A stretch of 64,000 nucleotides of DNA from positions 11,718,001 through 11,782,000 of the forward strand of contig CM120649.1 in NCBI GenBank assembly GCA_051362555.1, written 5' to 3'. Under the pieces are notes generated by a model that ran no database searches, was not told the origin of the DNA, and saw nothing but the letters and a program-made list of their open reading frames with translations. The position numbers and the translations under genes were made by a program. Below, in pieces: positions 39,567 to 53,081 of the stretch. Every line of letters begins with the position of its first letter. Position 1 is the stretch's first letter. This DNA is from Lingula anatina (Eukaryota; Animalia; Brachiopoda).

Positions 39567-40090
39567 CGTCCTTTCAGGGTGGGGATATGTATAACCAGCT
39601 TCTGACGTAACTCTCCAGCAGTCGACTTAAAAGTCTACACCCAGATCTTCAGTTATATTTCAGTACTTATAGCTTATCGCTTGCTCTCAATACTTGTTGT
39701 CGTCATAACTTACATCCAAATGCTGATCATAACAACTGGTGTTAACTGTGACTTAATTGCGCCGGTAATAAATAAGCCCTGCTGGATTTTCGCCTAATGC
39801 CTGTGGTTCTTGACGTTTTCTTGGAATATGAACAATAACACTTGGATATTAAGTGCATGGAGTCAGATGCCAATTTACTATTTTAAGATAGATTTATCAC
39901 GATTTAATCTTTCTGGTTAAATGAAGTGATTATTTCTTATTCATAACTTTTACCTAGAACGAACTTTATGTAACAGAACAGCGTCACGTTTTATAAAGAG
40001 GAGTCTATCAGTGCTTTTACATAACAAATATTGCTTTACATTTATAAAGATGCTTGAGTTGATTACTCAATTTCTATTTTACACTTCCAG

Positions 40091-40149
40091 AAAAGAAATT
40101 CCCTCCCAGTGGCAGTAAAGGCAACGGTTTCATATCTTAACTTTATCAG
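40091..40149 (+). other. Candidate 59-nt internal exon, probably 5' UTR
   Basis: Acceptor tttctattttacacttccAG (40089-40090) and consensus donor CAG|GTAAGT (GT 40150-40151); no ATG inside. Confidence 0.55.
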
Positions 40150-43100
40150 GTAAGTCTAACACTATATCAATAGGTTTTCATCCTCTCTTTCTGTCTCTCT
40201 CTCTCTCGCTAAAAATCCAATTAGATTTTATCATCACATTTCCAAGCCGCGAAACTTTGCTGATGGTTTATGCTTGCATCATGTACACCTTAAAAGGGAG
40301 ACCTTTGACATTATTCCGTGCATATACTAGAAAAAATCCAGATCGGTGTAATTTTAGAACACCTACTGTTACCTTGGGGTATGGTGGCTGCCAAAAATAT
40401 GCGTAGCCTTTGGTTCAACTCAATGGGTCGGTCTAAAAAATACTTTTAGAAGTCCTGAATGGTCTAGATTTAAGGTAAATTTGTCACCTACTGCATATCA
40501 TGATCTATAAATCCATAGTTGTCCATTCAGATAATGCACTGCTCTGTTTGGCTTGTAATACAACAGACACAGTATTTTAGTTTATTGTAATTGTCCTGAT
40601 TGAGCATCGGTCAAAGTAGTCATTTTTTTTTCTTTTTTTTTTTTGTCCAAAGATTTAGACCAATTTTGGAGTTTGATGATCTTTTGTTGAATTCTCTACC
40701 AAGGGTATTCAAAACTTGTGCCGAAGAGATTAAACGGCGTAATACTTTTTATTTTGATGATGGCATATATGTTAACACATACTGTGGTTCGCGGGAAATG
40801 CATGATTGGTATTAATGCATTCCAGGGTTAGAAGGGAACGCATTTGGTTGTGTCGCCGCGTGACGGAGGCATTAAAAGTGTCACCTGTGTCACACTGGCT
40901 GAGGCACGAAATGACTTCTTGGTGACATCGAGTTTGTGCGACATTCCAGGCGTTATTATATAAGATTGCTGCAAAGAGTTTACATACTCACATATGCACA
41001 CAGACAGTTAAGGCAGACAGACCGATGGACAGTCACGCAGACAGACAAACAGACAGACACTGAAACAGCTAATTATGAAACGTAGGATAGAAGAAAAAAT
41101 CATTTGTTCAACGTTTTTGAGAGAAAATCTTGAGTATTTTCATACATGTAGTTCCCAACAACAGCGCCTTTTTTGCTTCATACGTATATATTTGCTTGGC
41201 AATTATAGATATCTTGTGTGTTGGGTAAATCCGCTTTACCCGGATTTAGAATGCAGTTTCCCATGGCTTTAGGAATGATGCCAGTTTTGCTTTATGGTCT
41301 GCATGCCATCGAAAAAGTACGGTAATTTCGGTATCACATTTCGCTCTTTGAAACTCAGTGAACCTCGCATTCAGAGTTAACATACTGTGAATGCGGGTTT
41401 GTCATTTTATAAAGAACTGTGCATAGATAAGAAATTGGAATGAGAACATGGCTCTCTATCCTTATCTGTAAATGCTGCAGCAGTATGTAAGGGTTAAGAT
41501 ATTCTGATAAGTGTATCCAAATGTGAAGAAATACAGTGAAAACGCAGCGCATTGTCCGTTACTGTTTCATTTCATTTGCCTGGATGCATAGGTTTTCGTC
41601 GTTTGAGAAAAAAAAGGACCAACTGCATTTTACATTTTAATATTTAAGAGTGGAAATAGCTGATAATATTAAGATAGATTTAACCCAAAACTTTTCTTAC
41701 ACTACAGCTGTAATTATTTAAAAACAATTGTCCAAAATTGATCTCGATAATATTTTGTATTTCCCATATGCAAGAAACGTCAGATATATATCAATGTTCG
41801 AGCCTCATGTAAAGTCACGGTAACTTAAAGACTGTACCGCCCTACAAAAACTACGTGTGCCCTTGAGTTTTTGTGGTATCATTAAAACCACATCGAAGAC
41901 TCTCAGGTGTTATAATTTTTCTAAATGCGGAATGCAAGTGAATACACCGTCGGCGTGGGTCGCGGGGTTTTAAAAGCCCTTGTGTTATTTTCCCATGAGT
42001 AAATGAACTTTTTGCGGTATTGGGTAATAGAAAAATATACTTGAGACATTCTGTCACTTCCGGCATGCGCGTGTAAAGTTGGAGTGTTCCCTGAATAGGT
42101 TCTGAAACTCAAATTGTCTAATTAATTGGTAACTTTATTAAGTACAAGAAAGATTAAGTTTCAGGATTCTGCACGGGAGAGAGGAAGGGGGGGGTTGTCG
42201 GGAGGATTTTATTAACCAAACAAATAAAATAAACAGTAGTACACGAAGACACTCAATATGTTGGGCACACGATTGAAGAAAACACTTGGGATTTGTCGTA
42301 CTTCGTTTGTTCCACTGCTTTTTGGGATGGGAAGGAGGTAAATCCGATGTTAAAGAAGGGACACGTGCCTCTTCTAAATCAGCCGTAGTCTTCATACATA
42401 ACATGGGATAAACACACGTGTTTAAGTCTATCAAAACCAATGAACTGTAAGAGTTAAAACCAGTCATTCGACTGTCGCATTATCTTAATGGCTGTTATTT
42501 GTTATGGCTTCTATATCCTAAGTAAATTGCTGACGTGTAGTGGGGCTTTCGATACATTGATTAATGCCTTCATAGGTGTAATCAAGTGAAGTACACTACT
42601 TTTATCTTAATTGTATTTACGAGATAGCCGCCATCCTATTGCCGTTCTAAAGTGTATTTGCATGTCTCTGAAAAATGACGGTATTCATTACAAGACCTAT
42701 TCTTGGGATAAGGGTGCACTACTAAAATTGGATAGACGACTACGCAAAGTCCTCATTGCCATATTGGTATCGTAACTTTCGAAACTAAAGGGTTAGCAAT
42801 AATTGAGCTACTTCCACCACTGAGAGTGAAAGTCATCGTCAAACCCATTAGCGGGTTTTTTTTTCAGTTTTTTCATTATTATTGTCACAATTACTGACAT
42901 ATGTTTTGCCATTTAAACCCAGGCATATCTTCAAATCGTGATGTTAGTTTGGACAAAACTAGTTCAGACTGAAGTCGGTCCCTGTCGCGTCTCCTGGCAA
43001 CCAGGTTTCAGAAACCAGTTCTACAAAATGGCTAAAGGCGTAAAATTTACCCAACGAAATGTAAGTCGTCTTTGGCTCACGATAATTCAATAACAGTCCA

Positions 43101-43952
43101 TCTTAGATAAAATAAGAACTGTCCTGAAGCATTAGACGCAAATTTTAATTTAATTTTATTTTATTAAGTACTACCGATTTATCTGGCGTAAAACTTTATT
43201 TATATATTGACCTTAAAGTTAAGGTCAGTTTTCGAGCTTAAGTGATTCTGTCAAACACCTCTAAAAAGGTCTAAACGAGACATTCGTTTTGGTAGCCGTC
43301 AACACGATCGTAGTGCCTCGTTATCAGGGAGCGCAATGATTGATGACAGCGACTTAATTAGTCGCATTGTCCGCGCATCAACAGCTGTCTTCCGAAATAT
43401 GCGATCGGAGACAGAAGTATGTCGACATGGATTTACAGTCAGATAATCAATAATACCAGCCAACGGGGTATGGGAATCCATACGCACACCTCTTATGGTT
43501 ATAACGTTTAACTCACAGCTTGCGAAGTGGTCAGACATTCATTGCGTTCGTGGGTTGGCAAGTCCCAACTCCAAGTATGATATTTTTACGTGAATCTTTC
43601 GGATAAAGGTAGGATAGTATATCGTTTAACGTTGAACACTTTTATGATAATGTATTCTTGAGCTCCTTTTTCTTCCATCACCACTACTACTTAATTATTA
43701 ATATTATTGCTTTTATATTTATTTTTATTAACTTATTCATCATAACAAAAATATAGGAGTCGAGATAAACGATGTTTAAAGTCTTAAAGCGTTGAAGAGT
43801 CCACACAACCCGTGCATCTGCAAGAATTTCTGAGACGCTAAAAAGAAATGAAAAGCACGTTTTAATAATATCTTTAACTGCACGTGCTCAAACAGGTGCC
43901 TCGCGTTCACTTTTCCTGTCGCTAATCACGACAGGCTAGTAAACTGGCTAAC

Positions 43953-43992
43953 TGTAAACAGGGCATCAGGTGTGGTTGGTTGCTATGGTAAC
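43953..43992. promoter_or_regulatory. Forkhead site plus RFX X-box
   Basis: TGTAAACA at 43953-43960 and near-palindromic GTTGCTATGGTAAC at 43979-43992. A second X-box-like GTCTCCTGGCAAC lies at 42989-43001. Confidence 0.55.
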
Positions 43993-45076
43993 GGTGACGA
44001 CTTGCTGGCTGTAGACCAAGCACGGTTAAATGGGGCTATGCCGGGCGACTGACCAAAGTACTATTCTGATGCAGCGGTTTTGTAGTGAGCGGCTCCGTAG
44101 TAATTTGGTGCATTTTCTCCGTCTCCAGATTCAGATATTCACAGTCTTGCCCTGGATAACGCACATAGGGAAAGTGTTAAATTTATTTACATCGTAACTA
44201 ATTCGATCAAATTTGGACCCGATTGAAAAAACAGTGATCTTCTCGATTTTGTGTGCAGTATACTTTGGCTATATGTGTGGATCTGGTTTGCGTATTACCT
44301 AATTGTTTGCTCTACTTCCTGGTTGCCGCTGCAGGACCGTGTTTCAGTAGATCGGGTGTCGTTCAGAACGAGGAAGTTGAACACAGACGCAGACCAAAAG
44401 GCAGTTTACAACGTATAGTAAGTTATGGTTTCGTCGCCTTTCTATTTTACATTGCTTTTCACGTTGTTTATAACCATAACTACATTTTGGGAGGGGGTAG
44501 ATTAGAAATAGGTATTTAGGCAGGCAGGCAAGCAGGCATACAGACTGACAGACAGACATGCAGGGAGATAGATAGACAGGAAGACGGACAGTCAGAAAGG
44601 AGGAGGAAAGTGAAGCACTGATCTCATAATTCTTTGGGGATATTATTGAGATACTGACAAAATTTAAGAGACAAGCACAAGATGGAAATTTGACTAACTC
44701 AAACTTTTTTTTAATATATCCGGTGCCAGTTGACATCTCGAAGGACGTACAAGTGCACTGATGAACTTGTCATATCACTGAGTCATTTCACATACCAGAG
44801 AGGCTTAAAATGACCAGTCAGTTATCTAACTTGCTGACTCAAAGTCGTGGAAGGCAGTGTCTCCAGCTGAGCGTAACACGGGTATTTGACGTGGTGAATG
44901 GGACACCGTAAAGAAATGACCCTTGTTTCATCGGGTTGCTGAATTCCGATATGGAGGCCTGTTTTTCCGCTATGTGGGTTTTCATGCCGCGGTAAATATG
45001 AATGGAAAACGACAGGTTGTTTACCGGTCCGGATCCTTACTTTTTCAATTCTCACTGGACATACATATATTCGCCC

Positions 45077-45079
<3 letters not shown>

Positions 45080-45139
<60 letters not shown>
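45080..45139. repeat. (TA)n microsatellite
   Basis: Directly visible. Confidence 0.95.
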
Positions 45140-45141
<2 letters not shown>

Positions 45142-45372
45142 CCGTATTTATCATTTCTATGGAAAAGCCTCTGTTGTCGGTTAGATTATTTTTGCACCTT
45201 TCAGAAACTGTGGTGATTACCAAAATTGGTGCTGAGAGCCTCATCATGAGCAGTGCTTCTTATTAAAGTGATCGAAAATATGTCGCAATAGAGAACTCTC
45301 CGTGTATGCTATACACATGCGTTTTGTATGTGCTTGTGTGTATGCTCGCGCGCGTGCTTAGTTCAAGTCTTA

Positions 45373-45516
45373 GGCCGCATTCACATCGAGTTGAGCCATG
45401 GCTCTACAAAGCCACGACCTAAATATGGCGGAGAGACTATTAAAATATTAGGCGGTTTTCCTTTCATGTACGTCCGCCATATTTAGGTCGTGGCTCAACT
45501 CGATGTGAATGCGGCC
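45373..45516. mobile_element. PIF/Harbinger-type MITE (144 bp), TTA TSD
   Basis: TTA at 45370-45372 and 45517-45519; TIR ggccgcattcacatcgagttgagcca / tggctcaactcgatgtgaatgcggcc; inner arms gccacgacctaaatatggcgga / tccgccatatttaggtcgtggc. Confidence 0.88.
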
Positions 45517-45610
45517 TTAGGATCACTCATGTCTGGATCGCTTACATTTGAATTTACTTGCGCTCAATGGGAAGTTCCTAGATAGATGTGTGCAATTACT
45601 GTAATGTCTG

Positions 45611-45802
45611 TAAGACCTCATTCAGAACAGGGGACTGAAGATCCACGGATCAAATATGGCCGACCCATTTGAATGCTTATTGCCTAATCCCCGCAGGAAA
45701 TCTATTCAGTGTCAATTCCTGAATTAAGCTGTAAGCTTTTTAAGTGGGTCGCCATATTTGATCTGCGGATCTGTTACTCCACTGTTCTGAATTGGCTCTA
45801 TA
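45611..45802. mobile_element. Palindromic MITE-like element
   Basis: attcagaacag..gatccacggatcaaatatggccgaccca versus tgggtcgccatatttgatctgcggatc..ctgttctgaat; imperfect arms of about 70 bp. Confidence 0.75.
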
Positions 45803-48650
45803 ATCATGTTCGAATGTTAGGACACATATCTAAATGTACGTGTTGATCACTTTAGTGAAAGTTGTTAAATGTTTCAAAGCCCTAAAGGCTGTGTTAATAA
45901 GTCGGTTGTGAAGCGGGGTCGACATTCATAAGAGAACAAACGTCTAACATGGTCTTAACTTACCTACCGAAATATTTGGTATATTTTGACCTAGAATAAG
46001 TCAATAGTGTTAGTGGTCTTCTATCATGGGGATTATGGTTTTGTTTACCAACGAAGAGAAAAAGCTGCTTTTTTTTTACCTGTTTAGCGAACTGTCTCAG
46101 ATATATACTTTACCTGGACTTAAGTCTAAATAGCGGACTATAATAATCATTCTTAAAATCTAGACCGACGCTTTTTATATTTATTTATTTATTTTATTAT
46201 TTATTGTTCATTTGTTTATTCATTTATTTATTGTTTTTTGGAGCTGTGTGAACCGTACCCAGATCTCAAGAGTACAAACCAACTCTTCCCGGACGTTCTA
46301 TTGTCTAGCCGGTCCCCAGCCTGTGCCGGCACACTCAGGGATCGGGCGGTTGACCCTTGCTATCATAGTGTAAACAATCCCCGCAGTTATGTGGGCTCCT
46401 CCCTTTGACTCAGGGCTTGATTTCAGTCTTTATGTAAGGACGATTACGTTTTAAAATCCGCCCAGAGTGCGTGTGTCATACGGAATGCAGGTGCATCACG
46501 CCCAGTATAGGCGAGTCTTCAGAGAGCGTCGTGGACATTTGGTTGCATCCCCCACTGACGTTGACAACGTACGTTCGTACTCTTCAAGGACGTAGATAGC
46601 GGCGTAGTTGACGTACCATTCATGATATGAACTCGTATGTATCATTTTTTTATTATTATTTACGCGCATTACTGCATACTTGGGTGAATATTGAAGGGGA
46701 TTTAGAAGTACTTTAGGACCAGCATGTACACATGCGTTAAAAGTGAACATATGTGCGGTTGAATATCCTTTTTGAAGAAAACGTTTTTTTATTGGCGAAG
46801 ACTACTAATCTTGTGGGTCATTGAATAATCTGCTTAGTTGTCAGCAAACTGTAAGGTGTACAGTTCACTGGCGGAAAGGGCGCGTGTTCCCTACCTTGAT
46901 TTCGGAGGCGTCCCCTACCCCCCCCCCCCCCCCCCCCCATCTCCCTCATAAAAACAGTATGGCAGGATAAACACGAGGAAAAAAGTCATTTGTCCATCCT
47001 ACATATCCGAAATAATGACTTAGAAAGCTAGAATGTTTGCTTCGCTTGCCATTGCATAGGATTGGGTGTAAAGGCATTTGTTGGTTTGTTGTAGTCGCCT
47101 TCTTGCGTGGGTGTGAATATCTGGATGTGTGCGCGTGTGTGCCTATACGTACGTGCGTTTGAGCACATCAGAGCAGTCATACGAACAGACCACGTGCAGA
47201 AAGCCGGAAGCGTGTATTTGTGTTATTTCCATTTTTTATACAAATGTACATCAGTGACATTTCTATTTAGCAAAGCACTCCAACTACAGCTTCCGTTCTT
47301 TCGATACATCTCTGGTAAAGAATGGGATGTATTTATGGTTATCTAACTTCAGCTAAGTGTTTAGTTTCAAAGAACACTTGATGTAGACATGTTTAAATAT
47401 CAGTGGAAAAACGAGTGTTGTTGCATTAGGCGTATTTGGAACAGAAATAAGAGGCAAATTGTTATTTATTGTAACGCAAAGCTAACAAATGCAAAAAAAA
47501 TATATATATATATTGTGACTTGAAGTATGGGCCGACGTCCTGAAACAGTTTGCCCATTAAAATATCGAAATACCAAGTCAGTGCATTTTCTGTGTTCAAA
47601 TAATAACAAGACTTAGTTTAAAATACTTAACTCATCTAACACCTTTTTATACAACCATGGCCGGTAAGAGATCGTGAAAAACCATAAACGGTTATGCATA
47701 CAGATATTAAAGGTAAAAATCGATCAATGGGAGGCTGATGTTGTCAAAAGAGATTGGCGGACGATTGGAGAAACTGGCTTCCCCCCCCCCCCTCTCTCTT
47801 ACTGGGGTGTCTGGAGAGAGGGGAGGGGGCTTTCTTCCTTTCTCAAGTTCGTTTCTCCCTCTCAAAACTAGTTTAAAACGCAGATCCAGACAACCAAGAA
47901 TTTTCCCGTATACCTGACCCCTACATATTATAATACAAGTGTCTTCGTCTATTATTTCGTATGCTATTTGAAGAGAAAAGCTACCCCCCCCCCCCCCCCC
48001 CCCCCCCCCGGACAAACAAAAAGATATTACAGGAATCCTGGACCAACTAGTGTAAACGAAAATAAAGCTGCCTTATCTCCGATCGGAAAAGGCTCTTTCC
48101 AATAACGCATTACACTTATCCATGCTTCGTGACTAGAAGCTAGAGATTGTCCATCTTTAATGATTTCATTACCGCTCATACATCCCGAGCCTTAATTACG
48201 AACCTGTTTTCCGGTTATTTGCGGCTTAAATGATTTCGTCGATTTTATTTTGAAAAATCTCTTGTTGCTAAATCACAGTAATTTGCCTTATCTCCTGGTG
48301 ATATTTCATTTCTAAATTAATTTCCTAGGGGTGTTTGTTTCAATTCATAATACGACGCACAAATGTCCTTTTTTCATTTCTGGGAAATGGAAATAATAAT
48401 TACTGTCGGCTGATCTATTGATGTGATTTGTTCTGCCGGACTCGTGTGCGCTGTCATTTCAATCAGATACGTCTACTGAATTGCTATTGTGATTTATTAT
48501 ATCGTTTGCCTGGGGAAGAGTTGTCGAATTTAATTCTGGTTTACGGGGCTGTTTACTTGCAATTTACATCCAGGTACCAATGGCTGCAACCATTTATCAA
48601 TGATGGCCGTAATTAGAAGTTTAACGCGTGGTTTGTCCAAGGAGCTGTAA

Positions 48651-49046
48651 TGCCCCTATTTTACACATACCACGAATCCCACAAATTGCCAGGAATTGAC
48701 AAATTTCAGGATTCGTGAGATTTTGCCAATTTTCTGGTCTAATTCGACACACCTACGATACAGGTGCGATAGTGTTAGGAATATTCGTGGGATTCGGCTG
48801 GAATCGCACGAACATTGTCCAGAAATTTACTACGATTTTTTGGAATCGGGAGTTCGTGGCTAAAATTTTGATCAGCTCAAATTTTTTGCCACGAATTCCC
48901 AATTGATCAAGAATTGCAAGAACTTACTACGATTATATACGAATCTGTTAAGAACTTTACGAACTGATTACGATTCAACCACGAATCCTGAAATTTGTCA
49001 ATTCATGGCGATTCGTGGGATTTGTGGCCTGTGTGAAATAGGGGCA
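48651..49046. mobile_element. PIF/Harbinger-type MITE (396 bp), TAA TSD, 67-bp TIRs
   Basis: TAA at 48648-48650 and 49047-49049; TIRs 48651-48717 and 48980-49046 match at about 60/67; interior rich in cacgaat/attcgtg. Confidence 0.9.
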
Positions 49047-52000
49047 TAAGCGGTCTCCTTGGTTCATTCTGGTCAATGGACTGTTTTGCAGTTCAAAATT
49101 TCACATTCACTTACAAACGCGCTCAGATCGTTTGATATATAACAAAAAGCGTATTTAACTTAACTTGCGGTTGTCTTTTTTTAATGGGACCTTTGGATTA
49201 GACCCAAAAGACAACGACTAATAATATTTTAGAATAAGCCTCGGGCCTGGTTTACAAGACCTGGTAAGTTGTTTTCATTTTATTCCTGTGGCCTGAAGCG
49301 ATGTCTTTTTATCTTTGATAGCAGTGTGCATAGACAGGAAGGAAGGAAGAACTCGCACTTGATTTGAGCAATTATAAATGACGTGGAATCCTAATGGACA
49401 GATCGAGTTTGTGAAGCAGCTGACACTTTGAACGTAATGGCACTTATGTTCTTTGTGAGTTACCTTGCGGTCACCCTAACATATACGCCTGAATATATGG
49501 AAATGGCCCATGACATTGGAAAAATGTTCTTTGTGCGTGTTTTGAAATATATAACAGAATGGAAATATTCACTAACTACCTGATTCGAAGGTGTCCTCAG
49601 TGCATTTAAAAAGATGAACAAGGAAACATAAATGCAATGTATCAATACACTCCTGGGGAATTTTAAACTGTCAAGCGCATCTTAAAGAGAGATATGTATA
49701 TAATAAACTTGGTATCAGATTTAAAACACATAGAGGCATGAAATGTCTGATCTTATGAACTTGGATCTCGTATGTATAACGTATAACCCTCCTACGCGTG
49801 GAATATATTTAGTCTCCTAACCCCCGGCCACTGAAATGCCAAGTATGTTTTCTAGCCTCCTGCGCATTGAAGATCAAAGGCTATGTCAAAATCTCGTCTC
49901 TGAGTACATATCACAAATTGCGTTGTCATCTTTTTAAAAGTCTGGTCTGTCTAAGCTCGGGGATGTCTTTTGTAGACGCTAAGAGATTTCAAAGCTGACT
50001 TTGTCGTTTTATTCTGTTCCAAAGGTATATGAAACGAAGAGGGGTTCTTTTTTAAATAACACAGGCCCGCGCGTGGCCAGCAATTTCAAAGGGGGGTTCT
50101 TTTTCTGAAAAAGTGGACCTTTTACCATATAATCCCCATGTACCTAGGTCAAATTTTACCCAGAGTGGACCTTTTTCCAGCAAAAACCCCCGAACCCCCC
50201 CTTCCCCCCCTGACTAGAGAAAGGCGCAGAGTTTCACGTGTGTGAGCCAAAGATTTGACTAGGAGTATAGTCACCTAACAATAAGGGTGTCTCTCCTTTT
50301 GATGTTATGTAGTAGCTATGATCTACTAAAGATACATACCTTTTTACGAAATATTCATATTGTTGCATGTAGTGCCAAAGTAACGAAATGAAAAACCCAT
50401 GTTAAAATATGCAAACATTTCATGGGATTTTCTTATTGTTAGAGAAAAAAGTAACAAAAAAATTATTAAGATATGCGCAAGAGGTATAAATATTTTGTTT
50501 GCTGTACTGATGGCTCGTGTATTATCACAATAACGAATGTGTTCATGTATCCAGCAGTTTTCATATTTCAGTCGATATTACAGTGATCTATGTAGTGCAT
50601 TATGCGACTCTGTTTGTTCAGGATCTGGTTCATCTTTGGTGAGATGGAAGTGAATATCTCCGCTTGAACTTCCTTTGTGAAACCGATCGCACTTTATATT
50701 TTATATGCTACGTATTATATACATGTGCTATTTACACGAGCATGATTGAAAATTATAAAATAATGTGTTTGATGCGTGTCGTAAATTGTTGATTACCAAG
50801 AAAAGTGATGCGGCACATTGGCGTTACACGCACCAATATAGCGTGTGAATTTCAGTTATTAACGGGCACTTTTTCTAGCGTCATTTATCTCAACGGTCAT
50901 AGAGCCAAATGAAAGTAATTGTCTCGAATGATTTGGACGTAATCACGAAGATTGACACCTGATATTTATCATCCATCGCAGAAATGCGTCAAACCCGCAG
51001 TGTATGACGTCATAAATGTTGTGTTTTGACTTTTGGAACGACCAGTGTTTCCTGGCATGAGGGGCGTGGGTTGAAAAAATGTATGTGTGTGTGGAGGGGT
51101 GCGGGGCAACAAATTCAGAAAAGAATATTGACTGGGTGAAGGACGACAAATCACCTACTGTGTTAGACAAGTGTGACAACCCCATAGAATGCGCACCAAA
51201 ATCCGTGCTTTTTTTATAAAACCATTTTCTTTTTACACTGTTTTAAAACCAAGACAAACAGTCGTTGTTATTTGATGTACGAAAATAACCATTACTTCTG
51301 ATTAGTTAGTTGAACGTGCTCTGATTGGTAAGTGACGGCTGTTCCCTCTTCCTCCCCCTGCCTAATTAGCACCTTTGAAATCTTCATCGCAATGGGGTTA
51401 AAGGTACCCGTGGGCGAGTAATTAAATCAATTTTTGGCTACAGCCGATGCTGGTTGGGGCAGTGTCCCCACAAAGTCCTAACATTTTTGGGCGGATGCTA
51501 TTTTGATGCAACATGGTGCCGAATCTACTGCAATAGACGTTTGCTTTGCTTGTCTCTACAATTATATGGAATCACGTCGTCTGTTATAATTTGCCAAAGG
51601 AGTTCGTTCGCATGTCCTGAGCAATTGGTTATCACAGGAAACCCAAATAACTTTTCATGTTACGTCGACTGAAAACCCCATTCTGAAGAGAAAGGAGAAT
51701 ACGTCTGCCTTTCTTGCCAACCTAAAATGTGGCGATTTGAACTCGAGCCTAGAGTATTCTTATCACAAAAAGCAGCAAATTGGTCCCTTTATCATTGCAC
51801 AAAGACTTATAAGGGCGCATTGGGAGAGAACTCCGATGATTCATTGTATAATAGTCCACATTCAAAAGTTGATCTCTCAATTTACGTCTTTTATTACTGA
51901 ACAGCCATTTTTCTTATTTTGATATGTTCGTGGAATAGCTTATAAAACATGTCCGGAAAAGTGGTTTAACAGAATATAAAAGGACCACAAAACGAGAACG

Positions 52001-53033
52001 TTTGCGAGGTTTTAATGCACTAGTAATCACAAATGAAGATGAGAAAAATATTTTCATTAAATTGCATTTGTCACGGGTGCTGTACGATGCATTCGTATAC
52101 GATTTTCCGCGCGTCTTTTTTTTATTTTTTCCTATGAATGTGGTGAGTTGGCTGACCAACAGGAGCAGTCAAATTGACATCTAACAATTCTACTCTCTTG
52201 TGACCTTGACCGTTAGTATCATAGGAAAGATAGAAGAGCGTGAGTGAGCACTGCTGAGCAACCAAGCCAAGTCCCTTCAAAAACGCCAAGGTCAAATTAG
52301 CCTTAACACCAGCAATATAAGCTTTCCTGTTGGATAGAGGGTATAAATTGTTCCGAAAGGACACAGAGTTGTGCCTTTTTGCCGATGACTGATTAAAATT
52401 TGGCACTTTAAGTGTGCTTGACGGTATTCAATATATATTAATTTATACTTCTTTTAGCAATATCTATAAACAGAAATTACAGTCGCGAAAATAGAAATGG
52501 TTAGAAACGCTATCGGGGGACACCTTATATATAGGCTGCAGGCTTTAGGTGTCTGAAGGATCGCGATGTGGCATTTCAATATGTGACTCGATAATAAAAT
52601 ACTGCGGTTGTTTCATGAAACATTAAAGTAATGCTCTTGGCAGAATGGCTTCAAAGAACTTGTTTTGTGATATCAATGCGAGACTTACATGACTTGCTCA
52701 CATATTATAATTAAGGTATACAGGCCCAGGCTATAATTTATAACGTGTGTTTTGTGTGCCCTTGCGCAATCTTAACAAACATGTCATATACGCCCTGCCT
52801 CAGTGGGGAAGCAGTTACGCATACAGATTTTGATAAAATGTGAATAATCATACACTGTAGATGTGTCAGCCGGGGGGTGAGTTGTTCGAACCACGTCAGG
52901 TGTAAATGCATGAAGGTGAGGGGGGGGTTTACAGAAATCCACCCCTTTCCCACTGTAATTTTCTTTCTTTTTTTTTTTTTTTTGATTACCTAGCCCCCAC
53001 AACAAGTTAGCCCCCCCCCCCACATACACGCAC

Positions 53034-53039
<6 letters not shown>

Positions 53040-53079
<40 letters not shown>
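53040..53079. repeat. (CA)n microsatellite
   Basis: Directly visible. Confidence 0.95.

Positions 53080-53081
<2 letters not shown>

Noticed and set aside
46250-46520. GC-richer segment as a tRNA, SINE or ncRNA
   Set aside because: No recognisable A/B boxes or cloverleaf; no tRNA or rRNA gene seen anywhere in the window.
1444-53077. Many short ORFs with SLSL, THTH, YIYI, ERER, poly-T/G/I runs
   Set aside because: Translations of microsatellites and homopolymers; no domain features.
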